Below are positions 1 through 10,400 of a stretch of 64,000 nucleotides of DNA, in pieces. A program made the translations under genes and the position numbers. How positions within the stretch are numbered: position 1 is the stretch's first letter; each line of letters opens with the position of its first letter. Under the pieces are notes generated by a model, which was given only the letters and a program-made list of their open reading frames with translations, was not told the DNA's origin and made no database searches. This DNA comes from Yuukianura sp. NJ FZ-2021 (lineage: Eukaryota): positions 9,424,001-9,488,000 of the forward strand of contig CM102285.1 of the NCBI GenBank assembly GCA_046563655.1, written 5' to 3'.

Positions 1-2
1 TC

Positions 3-3000
3 GATCTTATCACTGAAAACTGCGTCAATAAGCTCGGTCTACCACGTTCTGGTAAACCTAACAAAATTTTGGGACTTGGAGGTACGATTGTTGGGAACAC
101 CAGAGGTAAAGTTGATGTAACACTTTTATCAAAGGTTAACAACTATTCTTTGTCATTCTCTCCTGAAATTGTGGACAAAGTAACCAGTGGCAGTCTCCCC
201 TCCTTTCTCGGACAATCAAAGTTTCCCCATCTTCAGGGACTTAAATTGGCCGATCCTAAATTTTATGAACCCCGACCAGTTGACGTTATGTTGGGTGCCA
301 GATTCGCTTCAGTAATCAAGACTGGTGGTTTCATTCCTGGTCCTAAAGGGACACCGTCTGCTGAAGAGACACAATTTGGATGGCTACTTTCAGGGCCACT
401 CCCTAGCCACATGCCGGAACGGATGACGAATCCCGTCCATCATTCCAATTTTCATCTTTCATCTCTCGATACTCCCAGTTTAGACAAGACACTAGAAAAG
501 TTTTGGGAACTGGAAGAAGCTGAGACTCTTCGATTTCCCCGGTCAATTGAAGACTCACAATGTGAAACATACTTCAAGGAAACGACAGTTCGTGATGACG
601 AAGGACGTTACGTGGTATCACTTCCATTTCGTGAATCCCGTCCCGAACTCGGTTCTTCCTTATCGATGGCTACTCGCAGATTCTGTTCCGTGGAATCCCG
701 AATGTCCAAAAATCCCGTTCTAAAATCTGAGTACCTCAAATACTTTGAGGAGCACATTGCTTTGGGTATCATGGAATCCATTCCTACTGACGAACTTAAA
801 GTTGAAGTTCCGCTATCTTACTACATGCCATACACTGAAGTTCTGAAGCAATCAAGTTCAACAACTAAGTTCAGGGTGGTCTACGACTGTTCTGCCAAGA
901 CGTTTCAGGGCCCCTCTCTTAATGAAGTGCTTCTCCCTGGCCCTAAACTTCAAGTTGACTTGATCAGTCTGCTCATTCGTTTTCGTCTCTTCCCTGTTGC
1001 CATTTCAGCGGACATCTCTAAATTTTTTAATCAAATTGGCCTTTCAAAAGAACATCAAGACTATCAACGTCTCGTGTTCCGAGAGGATCCCAGTGTTCCG
1101 CTACGACATTTCAGAATGAAGCGTTTGACTTTCGGAGTCACTTCTTCTCCTTATTTGGCTTCAAGGGCACTACATCAACTTTTTGACGACGAATGTGTAG
1201 ATCCCAGTGTAATCGACATAGTGAAAAATGACACACTAGTTGATAATGTTCTTTCTGGTGCTTTCACTATTCCTAGAGCCCTTGACATTCAACAGGAGCT
1301 CCTGAAGACTGCTTCCAAAGGAAAATTGGATCTGAGGAAGTGGGCGTCCAACGTACCCCAGCTCTTAGAACAGATTCCTGTTCCTGATCGTGAAGTTAAT
1401 CTCCCTCTCAAAATTTCAGATGAATATGGACTCCCCACCCTTGGAGTTAAGTGGAATCCATCGAGTGACACTTTCAGTATGTCAATTCCCGAATTTGACT
1501 CCAAAGTCAATCCCACGAAAAGATCAGTGCTCTCCGTCATCGCTCGGATCTTCGATCCCTTAGGGTGGCTTTCGCCAGTCACCATTCGACCAAAGCTTCT
1601 GCTCCAAGAACTTTGGAAATCAAAGTGCGATTGGGACACTCCTCTACCTCCACAATTTGTTCAAAAGTGGAACAAAATTCAAAGTGACTTACCCCTGTTA
1701 AGTGAATTTGAAATTCCACGTTGCTACTCAACCGGAATTTTCAATCCTGGTGTAAGTGATCCCGAACTAACATACGAACTTTTTGGGTTTTCCGACGCCA
1801 GCAATGTCGCATATTCAGCAGTTGTTTACATTCGGTGTTCGGATCCAAAAGGTAATTCCACAGTTTACCTTGTCGGAGCAAAAACTAAAGTAGCTCCAGT
1901 CAAGGGCGACACAATTCCAAGATTAGAGTTGAATGGTGCTAGGCTACTTTCAAACTTTGTGAAAACTATCAGTTCAGCTCTACCCATCAAACTAAATTCA
2001 ATCACTTGTTTTACTGACTCTACCAGTGTGTTAGGTCAGCTCAATCCCAATTCTAAAGAAAAACAAAGTGTTTTCGTGATGAACAGAGTCCGAGCAATTC
2101 AAAACACTCTTCCGAACGCTGCTTGGTGTCATGTCAGTGGTCGTGAGAATCCAGCAGATGCTCCTTCACGTGGAATCTCAGCTCAGGACTTTCTTCTTCA
2201 CCCAGTTTGGATCAACGGTCCTACCTGGCTGACTCAGGGCCCAAGTCCCGAACCTGCATTTCAAGTTTGCGCTGCGACCTTCTCTTACAGTTCAGTGATC
2301 TACTATTTGACTCTGAGAATGTCTTCATACACCAAGTTGATCCGTGTGACAGCCTTTGTACTGAGATTTATTCAAACCTTAAAAACGAAGCAGAGGATCA
2401 CTGGACATTTGACCGCAGCCGAATTGGAGTCTGCATTAGAAACTGTTGTTCGTTCCGTTCAATCAGTCACCTTCTCCGAAGAACTCAAAAACCTGACGTC
2501 AACCACAACCACCTCCATTCCTAAGAAAATTAAATTCCTGTCTCCATTCGTCGATGGTACAGGAATCCTCAGGGTGGGTGGACGACTTTCTAACTCCAAT
2601 CTAAAGACAGGACGAATTCATCCAATTCTCCTTCCGAAAAATCATCGCTTCAGTTTCATGGTAGCTCGATACTACCATCTCTTACATCTCCATGCTGGTC
2701 CTAATCTTCTACTCTGTCTCATTCGAGAAAAGTTTTGGATCGTAGGTGGACCGACTCTAGTGAAAGTGGTTGTCAAGCGCTGCGTGACTTGTCACAAGGC
2801 CAATCCGAAACCCCTCGAACAAATCATGAGTGACCTCCCTTCTGCTAGAGTGACCCTCACAAGACCATTCGCCGCAACGGCCATGGATTTTGCTGGCCCG
2901 TTTCACTTGGCAGTGACGACCGGCAGAAAACCCAGAATAATCAAAAGTTATTTCTGTGTCTTCGTATGTATGGCCACCAAAGCTGTGCATATTGAACTGG

Positions 3001-3794
3001 TTGGTGACCTATCAACTCCCTCGTTCATTGCGTCACTTCAACGTTTTACAGCACGACGTGGACGCCCCGCCTCTCTACTCTCAGATGGTGGAAAGAACTT
3101 TGTGGGTGCCTACAACGAAATGAAAGCTGTTCTCGCCTTTCTACAATCTTCTGATTTTAACCAAAGTTTGGTTAATCACTGTGCTGAACGTGGAATTGAA
3201 GTTCACATCAATCCTCCCTTGTCTCCACATCATGGCGGACTGTTCGAAGCAGCAGTGAAATCCGTCAAACATCATCTTACTCGTGTCGTTCAGGATCGTC
3301 ATCTTACGATTGAGGAGTTCAACACTATCCTCATACAAATTGAAGCTGTCTTGAATTCACGACCTCTGACGCAAATGTCAACGGATCCAAACGACTTCAG
3401 TGCCTTGACCCCTGCGCACTTCCTCATTGGTGGACCCCTTCATTCCATCCCCATGCTGGACTTGACCGAGGCGAAGGAGTATTCCTTATCCAGATGGCAG
3501 AAATCCGAGCGGATTTACCAGGAATTCGTCAAACGATTTCATGTCGAGTATCTCTCCCTCCTACAATCACGTCCAAAGTGGCTGAAATCACTTCCCAATC
3601 TGGAGCCTGGAGTGCTTGTCCTCGTCAGGGAGTCGGATGCAACATTCTCAAGTTCTACCTGGAAGCTGGCCCGAATCACCCAGGTATTCCCCGGACTCGA
3701 TGGAAAAGTTCGTGTGGTAGAAATCAAATCTCCTACTGGGAAGTTCTACAGACGTCCTATCGTCAAGATTGCACCTCTCCCCGTAACAGACTGA
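3..3794 (+). CDS. pol: BEL/Pao LTR retrotransposon gag-pol polyprotein, 5'-truncated by the window edge (end of protease region, RT, RNase H, integrase)
   Basis: The frame is open from nt 3 to the TGA ending at 3794. RT motifs: KFRVVYDCSAKT, SLNEVLLPGP, ADISKFFNQI, TFGVTSSPYLA, LVDN. Pao RNase H: FSDASNVAYSAV, IPRLELNGA, FTDST, NPADAPSRG. Integrase: HHCC (HLLHLHAG...CVTC), DDE (MDFAGP, SDGGKNF, GLFEAAVKS), C-terminal GLDGKVRVVEI...RRPIVKIAPLP. Confidence 0.97.
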   Translation, partial: DLITENCVNKLGLPRSGKPNKILGLGGTIVGNTRGKVDVTLLSKVNNYSLSFSPEIVDKVTSGSLPSFLGQSKFPHLQGLKLADPKFYEPRPVDVMLGARFASVIKTGGFIPGPKGTPSAEETQFGWLLSGPLPSHMPERMTNPVHHSNFHLSSLDTPSLDKTLEKFWELEEAETLRFPRSIEDSQCETYFKETTVRDDEGRYVVSLPFRESRPELGSSLSMATRRFCSVESRMSKNPVLKSEYLKYFEEHIALGIMESIPTDELKVEVPLSYYMPYTEVLKQSSSTTKFRVVYDCSAKTFQGPSLNEVLLPGPKLQVDLISLLIRFRLFPVAISADISKFFNQIGLSKEHQDYQRLVFREDPSVPLRHFRMKRLTFGVTSSPYLASRALHQLFDDECVDPSVIDIVKNDTLVDNVLSGAFTIPRALDIQQELLKTASKGKLDLRKWASNVPQLLEQIPVPDREVNLPLKISDEYGLPTLGVKWNPSSDTFSMSIPEFDSKVNPTKRSVLSVIARIFDPLGWLSPVTIRPKLLLQELWKSKCDWDTPLPPQFVQKWNKIQSDLPLLSEFEIPRCYSTGIFNPGVSDPELTYELFGFSDASNVAYSAVVYIRCSDPKGNSTVYLVGAKTKVAPVKGDTIPRLELNGARLLSNFVKTISSALPIKLNSITCFTDSTSVLGQLNPNSKEKQSVFVMNRVRAIQNTLPNAAWCHVSGRENPADAPSRGISAQDFLLHPVWINGPTWLTQGPSPEPAFQVCAATFSYSSVIYYLTLRMSSYTKLIRVTAFVLRFIQTLKTKQRITGHLTAAELESALETVVRSVQSVTFSEELKNLTSTTTTSIPKKIKFLSPFVDGTGILRVGGRLSNSNLKTGRIHPILLPKNHRFSFMVARYYHLLHLHAGPNLLLCLIREKFWIVGGPTLVKVVVKRCVTCHKANPKPLEQIMSDLPSARVTLTRPFAATAMDFAGPFHLAVTTGRKPRIIKSYFCVFVCMATKAVHIELVGDLSTPSFIASLQRFTARRGRPASLLSDGGKNFVGAYNEMKAVLAFLQSSDFNQSLVNHCAERGIEVHINPPLSPHHGGLFEAAVKSVKHHLTRVVQDRHLTIEEFNTILIQIEAVLNSRPLTQMSTDPNDFSALTPAHFLIGGPLHSIPMLDLTEAKEYSLSRWQKSERIYQEFVKRFHVEYLSLLQSRPKWLKSLPNLEPGVLVLVRESDATFSSSTWKLARITQVFPGLDGKVRVVEIKSPTGKFYRRPIVKIAPLPVTD

Positions 3795-4030
3795 AGTACC
3801 CTCTTCAATCAAGATTAGATTTAGAATTACTTCAATTTAGTTCTAATTATCTATCCATTCAAATTTAAATTCAATTTGGTAATCTAACTATCAACTATAG
3901 TCTAGGTTAAATTCTAGTTTAAACCCCCTAGGTTTAAGCCCCCTTACAACTAAAGTGCTTGTGTGTGTGAATGTAGAAACTAAATTGATAGTGCCAATTC
4001 AGATTGACACTACCAATTTGGCCCGGGAAA

Positions 4031-4439
4031 TGTTCGGAAATTACTGAATTTCCAAATGATTCCCGTTCTGAATGTTACGGAAAAATTCCTTTCCTAATTC
4101 ACATCTCATTTTCTCTGTTTCTTGTCTTAATTCTTTACTCCCGTCGACCTTGCTCTTGACTCGGTCATTTCAAGGTCACTGGAAAGTTCCAGAGATCTTA
4201 GCATGCCGTCTCCATGAGTTTCAACAATCCATGGAACCTCCACTAAGAAACATGTAGAAAACCATCGGCAAAACACTACAGGTGAATTGGCTTTGGTTTT
4301 CAGCGCTATCCAGTCAACCTGGATAGCCACTCAGTGTGAACTTGTATGCCTGATTGACAACTTGTCTCCCTTAAGTTTAAGATTTCGAATAAACCCAGAA
4401 AAATTGCAATTTCGGTGGTTTTGGGAAAATATAACAACA
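4031..4439 (+). repeat. putative 3' LTR of the BEL/Pao element
   Basis: Starts TGTT directly after the PPT-like tract (4020-4030), contains AATAAA at 4388-4393 and ends AACA at 4439 (4436 also possible). The 5' LTR is outside the window, so this is unconfirmed. Confidence 0.7.
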
Positions 4440-4766
4440 CGTTTTTGTACGGTTCATACTCACACTAGGACACAATCGATTTAAGTGGAAAGTAGCATAG
4501 TCAAATTTAGGATTCATTCGCGAAATTCACTTATTCCCCAACATGATATTTTTTTTAACTTTGTACGTTTTGCCAAAAATTCAAATTGCTTCATTTTTAA
4601 CAAACGCATGAGACCATAAAAAGTTACAGATTTTTGAAGAATTGCCAAACGTAGATTTCCTGCTTCTAACGCATTTGGATTTTCTGAATCCTCCATACAT
4701 ATTTTTGAAGAGGATGATTTTCGAAGGATTTTTGAAAACATGCTTTTTGTATTTTTGATTTTGCAG

Positions 4767-4903
4767 GCAAATTTCGGAGGGAATTTGCTCGAGCATTTGA
4801 AGAGTGCTTCTGTTGTACACATTCCTATCACCCTGCCACCTCCCGCGTCTACTCCTACAATCACAACTATTCAGTCAGAAATCGCAACGTACATCGTGTG
4901 TAG
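4767..4903 (+). CDS. terminal exon A (helix 8 and C-tail) of a class A neuropeptide GPCR, orexin/allatotropin receptor-like; rest of gene upstream of window
   Basis: ttttgcag acceptor, phase 1: (G)KFRREFARAFEECFCCTHSYHPATSRVYSYNHNYSVRNRNVHRV*. This resembles the orexin-receptor helix 8 GKFREEFKAAF followed by cysteines. Confidence 0.7.
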
Positions 4904-5132
4904 TTCGTTCCAGCTACACCCTCCATCCAAACCAACGTAATGAACACTTTTAACAAAAAACAGAACTCTAAAAAAAACGACATTCTGTTTTTCTTTTTGC
5001 TTTCACTGCGCATAGAAAGTTGACACTAGTTTGCTAAATTGCCCTGCGTTATCTTGTGAATGTATTCTTTGAAAAGAAAAATTCTAAGAAGCAAAATAAA
5101 TTCAAGATTTTGTTTATATTCTTTTTGAATAG

Positions 5133-5320
5133 AGAAATTTCGGAAGGAGTTTGTGAGAACTTTTGGCTGCAGAACGTGGAGTCAGAGGCGAAGAAATCGA
5201 AGACCTCAAATTCGTGTTCGAAGATGCAAAACACGTCGAGAACGAATTCCACTTACGCATCACTCCACTCAATCCTCAGCAACAACTCATCTTCCACATA
5301 CGTCTGCGGTGGCTATCTGA
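5133..5320 (+). CDS. alternative terminal exon B of the same GPCR
   Basis: ttttgaatag acceptor, same phase: (E)KFRKEFVRTFGCRTWSQRRRNRRPQIRVRRCKTRRERIPLTHHSTQSSATTHLPHTSAVAI*. AATAAA near 5549. Confidence 0.62.
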
Positions 5321-5952
5321 AAACCACTTTTAACTAGGTGTTAACTTCTAACACCTAGGTCAGAGTATGCTAGAAACAAAATCTCATTAAAAACTAAATT
5401 GAATTTAAATTACATTTATTACTTTCTCTTATGTTGACTGGTAAAGATTTAGTAATAATTAATCTGGTGCTTGTACGAATGACCTAGGTACTGATGGATT
5501 ATTATTTTCAAGTTTGTTCTTATGAAATTGTTACTGTTCTTATTTTTAAAATAAAAAGTATTCAAAATGTGTATAGAAACTTTATACAAGTAAGAACATA
5601 TTCTAGAGAATTTTATTAAGGAAGAATTATAAAAGAGAATTTTATTTTATAGTTGTATAAAAATATTATTTCAGTATTCGACTCATCATGGTGTATAAGT
5701 GATAATCTCCTAATTGTGAATCCAAAAAGGCAGTTTGTAGTTGATAGTTACAATGAAATATTCAGCTTTAAGTTAATGTATGTATCACACGTAGTGCATT
5801 TAAAGTAAATAGTACACAACTTTACTTAATTTAGCTTCTTGTCACCCCACCGAACAAATAAAATGCACCACAAAATACAAAATTAAAAAAATAGAAGCTG
5901 TTTTTTTTTTATTCAATTTCAAAAATTCGGAGAATTCGGGCGTAATTGTTTC

Positions 5953-6908
5953 TTAGACGGAGATTTTGACTTTGCCGTCCTTGGTGACCAAAGAGAGGTC
6001 ATGTGCTGTGATGGAGTACTGCGTGTCAACACCTTCGACTTGTGTGTGGACATCGGCCTTTCCATTGACCAAGTCGACCTGTGGGCCGCTTCCGATTGGT
6101 TCCTCATCAGTGCTGATTTGAAATTCAAAAGATTAAATTAAATTATAGGTTTAAAAGCAAAATACACAATGTCCGAATCGCGAATTCAAATTAAGTAAGA
6201 TCCTTTCATTTTTGAATTTTGGAAAATTTCAGAAAATTTGGACTTACCTCAAGACTCGGTATCCGTTCTCATCAGCTTCGTACTTGACTGTGCGCTTAAC
6301 GAAGCCATCGGAGTAGCTGTAGGAACCAACAACCTAAAGAGAAAGCGGAGAGATGGCGTTTAGAAAGTCTGGAGAAAGATGGGATGACGCTGTTCAGTTC
6401 AAGCGTAATTTTAACCCCATTACTTCTTTTTTGTTTGGACAAAGCATTTCGGTTTCTCATGACTTGAAAAAGAACTTTACCTTAAGTCCATCGCGGGACT
6501 CTTGTCTGACTTGCGATGAGTCCATAATTCCATCGTCAAAGGCCAAAGCAAAGTTGTACTTGGCACTCTTGGCCTGATCTTCAGCGATTCTTTCATGTTC
6601 AAGGCGAGATGCAGATCCACGGCTGGAAGAACTGTAGCTGCTGTGTTCATCGGAAGACGGTCTGGAGTAGGTCGATGTCACTGCTGGAGTCTTGACTTCA
6701 TGCTTGACATCATATTCCTCAGACGACTCAGTGGCCACGGGTGTGCGATGACGCATGCTGTAGGCGGATGTGACTGCAAGGAGTCCCAGAAGCACAAAGA
6801 CGACCTAAGGAAATGTAAAATTATAATGAGCACTTCAATTTCCGAAATTTCGGTTTCTTTGTCCGTAATTGGGTTATGAAATCTGAAAACTTAGCTAACC
6901 TTATTCAT
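5953..6908 (-). CDS. cuticle protein with Rebers-Riddiford-like chitin-binding domain (4 exons: 6908-6900, 6804-6481, 6333-6248, 6112-5953)
   Basis: Signal peptide MNKVVFVLLGLLAVTSA. Chitin-binding motif KYNFALAFDD...RQESRDGLKVVGSYSYSDGFVKRTVKYEADENGYR. All introns GT-AG with the frame preserved. Confidence 0.88.
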
Positions 6909-6969
6909 TTTGAGTAGATTGGATGAGGAGCTTTAGATCTTGTAACTACTGGTATTTAAGTTTGGATTT

Positions 6970-7007
6970 GAATGTGACTAGGGAGAAGTCCCATGGTCCC
7001 TTTTATA
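6970..7007 (-). promoter_or_regulatory. core promoter of the cuticle protein gene (TATA box plus initiator-like element)
   Basis: TATAAAA on the minus strand at 7007-7001, with TCACATTC about 30 nt downstream and about 65 nt before the ATG. Confidence 0.6.
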
Positions 7008-7428
7008 CCAGCCCTTGAAGGGCACTTTCGTTTCTTAGCCATCGATTTCTCATATGAATGAACATGGGAGTTTTAAATTTGAGGGACGCCTTGAACTAAA
7101 TCCTATTTTTAGTGGAGCGAAAGCGAATTTGGAATGACCTTAAGGCCTTAAGCTTTCTTTCCAAAACTATTCCATTTCCGATTCAAACCAATCGTAATTG
7201 TAGATTTATTCCAATATAAATAATAGCCAATGCAGAATAAATCATAATTAAAATCATAATTTATAATGCAATATGTATTGAATGAAATTCTATAAATAAA
7301 TCATGAATGTACTCGCACTTTGAAACAACTTTGGAAAATGAACTTTTTCTGTAGCAGAAATTTGGCAAAAATTCATTTAGCATGTAACTACTTGAGAATT
7401 TATAGAAACTCAAAAAATTCACAGCTAG

Positions 7429-10400
7429 CTAATCCTCGTCTGAGTCAATGTCGAAGCTGAATTGACGCTGAAGTTGAAATCGATTGCGATCATCAACTGA
7501 AGATGTCGACGATTCATCAGTGAACATCGAAAGCGTATCTTGTGCATCTAAACTTTTTGTAACAGTTTTTACAGGTCTTTGCGTAGACATCTCAGAGCTT
7601 GAAGATTCCGTTGACTTTTGAAGAAGTGTGTTTCCAAATTGAGATTTCTGGAACTCCTGAAGGGGTATTTCTTCCGGAGCGTTCGGAAAAACCTCATCAT
7701 CATCATCTCCCAAAATTTGCAGAACCGGAACGACGCTGGCAGACGGTAAAACAAAATTGAGTTCCTCTTCGGAAGAGTCTGTTGTGTAAGACTTTGTTAG
7801 TTTCTGACGAAGGGGACGCGGCGAAGCCGATAAGTATGGACTGGGTGGGTAGCTTCTGAGATCCGCCTGTTCATCTCCGATCAACTCCGTTGAATTTGCT
7901 TTTGATCCGTATTTCAAATATTTAGAAGCCATTGACGCTGGACTCAGGGCCTGAACAGAAATAAACCAAAACTTGAAAAATCACGAAAGCAATTAAATTA
8001 ACAGTATCCACGAAACCACACGTAAGACTGAAAATTAAGCTCAGAACTGGTAATAAAAGTAGAAGCGTTGAAACTTTCACAAGAAAACCAATTTTTGTGG
8101 TTTTGAGTAGAACCGACGGTATACCTTGAGAACCGTATCGACGAGACGCGGTTGAAGGGGTCTGTTCCGTATAATTACTTTCTCAGCGGTTTCATCTGAA
8201 TTGACATTCGTTTCTCTTTTGATCGCTTTCGCTTCAGCCTTTCTCTTTTTTGCATTCTCACGCATGATTTTTCTAGAACATAGTAAAAAGTGAAAAGTCG
8301 CATGGGTACATTATTAGCTAAAGTTATCACACAATTTTATTATATGACGAGGTAAAACTTTCCTCAAGAGAGGAAATTTACTTTGCTTTCTTCCGCAAAC
8401 TCTCTTGTGCCTCCGGGTAGTCCTTGATTGCTTGATTCAAATCAGCTTTGCTCAAAACAAATAAATTGGCAAATCCAGCCGTCCTATACAAATTTTGAGT
8501 TCATAAAGTTTCCTTTGCCCAGGAGGCTTGGCTTACTTTCTCTTATGTTTCCGGCTAAAAATGCGATAGTCGTTTCCATTTACTAACCTTACATCAGCCG
8601 TTCTCCGAGTCATACCACCAATTCCTAGCAATGCAATTTCACCAAAAACTGAACCCGATGTCAGAGTCACCACGACGTCATGCCCACTAGGGCCTCCTAG
8701 AACGTTTATCCGCCCAGTCCGAATTATATACATTTCCTTCGCGACTTCTCCCTGCGACATTGAGTTCAAAAACATATTAAACTCTTTCATCGTCAAAAGC
8801 ATTGGACATGCACGACAAAGTAAACATCCCGAGGGGGGTTTAAATTGCGTTTGGAGCATAGTATGCCCCGTTAGTCGAATTAATTCAATTTCAACTGTAA
8901 TTTCTAAGCATCCTTTGCATGTTTCCGCTTTACCATGTCGAGCAAGATATTTTGAATTAGAAAATGGTACAAAGAGAAAACGATGGTTGAATGAATGCAA
9001 ACGGCAAATTGGCAATAAAAGTAGTATGAAATTCTGAAAGGAAATGAAAGCAGAGTTCTGGAAGCGTCATGCAGCTGCAAAATTGCAGATTCGCTGAAAG
9101 AAAGTCACCATAGACTACGCGAAACTACACGTGGAAGGCTCTACTTCCAGCTCACATAAGAGAAAATGAGCATAGTCAAAGAATAGACAGCGCACCGAGT
9201 AGAAAGTGTGCGGGAAGGAAGTGAACTGAACACAATTGATGCATAACAGAAGCATTCTTGTTGCATTATATTGCATTACAACAGTTTTCTTCGTGCTAAA
9301 GCTTTTCAAACATAAAAGGTTAAAGGTTCCAGTATTACTTTTCTACAGACGTAGTCTCCAGGCAAAAAGATAATTGATTGCAATTTTACAACCAAATCTC
9401 TGAGAAACGCCGTTTCACAGTTCTGGAACAGCTGTACTTTGCTAAGCGTCTCAATGTGAACCTGAAGTGCCAAATCTGCTTGCATCTTCACTGGAATCTG
9501 AGATATTAGACTAGCTTCGTCTAAAATTTCAAAAATTTGAAGATGAGATTATTATGTAAAGAAAAATAAGTACTATATCAAATTTGCAGAATTTTTAGAA
9601 TTTCGAAAAAGTTTTCGGAGAAGTTTTCGAACCAAGTGTCTTCTGCTCTGCCCAAGTGTAGTTTAGCCAAGATTTGACTCTACGCTGCAAATCTTTTGGA
9701 ACGTCTAAGTGATGGAGGTAGTTGAAAGTGGCGTAGCAGACTTGTCGATAGTCTAATAAGTGGCAATTGAAAACATTAATTACTAATTTCAATTAAGTGA
9801 AATTTGCATAGTTAAATTTTAATGAGGTTTTATTACAAAACCTTCTTGGGCTTTTGTAGCTGTTGCAATGATGTCCCGAATCTAAACAGAAGTGGACGAA
9901 ATTACTAAACTGAACAACGTACTTACTTACATATTGAATTGATAACGCAAAAGGGGAAATCAATTACTGTGAGGACTAGGGAGAGGGATAAAGGGGAAAC
10001 AAAGGACAAGCCAGAAAAAATAAGGAACCGAGTGGGACTCGAACCCACACCTCTTCAATCCGGGAAGATGCTCTCTCTACCAATTGAGCTACCGGTTCAA
10101 TCTGGCTTGTCAAAGGAAGGGAACTGGTGTATGTGATGGGAGTGAGACACGGGCCACTTCGTACACTCTCCATCCTGGCGATTGGCAGTGGGGACTTGCT
10201 GTCCAATCGCCACATTACCCAAGTTTGAACTAAGGAAAAAAACAATTTTTTTTTTAAATTTTTTTTTGAAAACCTCTACGTACCTGGCCAATTAAAAGTG
10301 CAAAAATGAAGACTCCACTGAGCCAAGCGAAAGTCATGAAGAGGTACTCAATTTCATTGGAGGGTCTTGGATTTTTGCCAATAGAAGTAGCAGTTTTTGT

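Larger units (their letters stand above)
1..4439 (+). mobile_element. BEL/Pao LTR retrotransposon (3' portion)
   Basis: The pol ORF is followed by a short 3' UTR, a purine-rich GGCCCGGGAAA tract and an LTR-like TGTT...AACA segment. Confidence 0.93.

Noticed and set aside
1289..3868. Small overlapping and antisense ORFs within pol, and a possible env ORF
   Set aside because: No recognisable motifs. Only about 235 nt lie between the pol stop and the LTR, leaving no room for env.
4740..5337. Track ORFs 4740-4940 and 5056-5337
   Set aside because: They are the wrong frames. The meaningful GPCR tails are in another frame behind splice acceptors.
10024..10098. Functional tRNA-Ser(GGA)
   Set aside because: It lacks U33 and the long variable arm, has an expanded D-loop, and G34 Ser tRNAs are atypical in eukaryotes. 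Reported as tRNA-like only.
10097..10291. ORF inside the CngB intron as an alternative exon
   Set aside because: No channel similarity, it ends in a stop and overlaps the structured element. The flanking exons join in frame without it.
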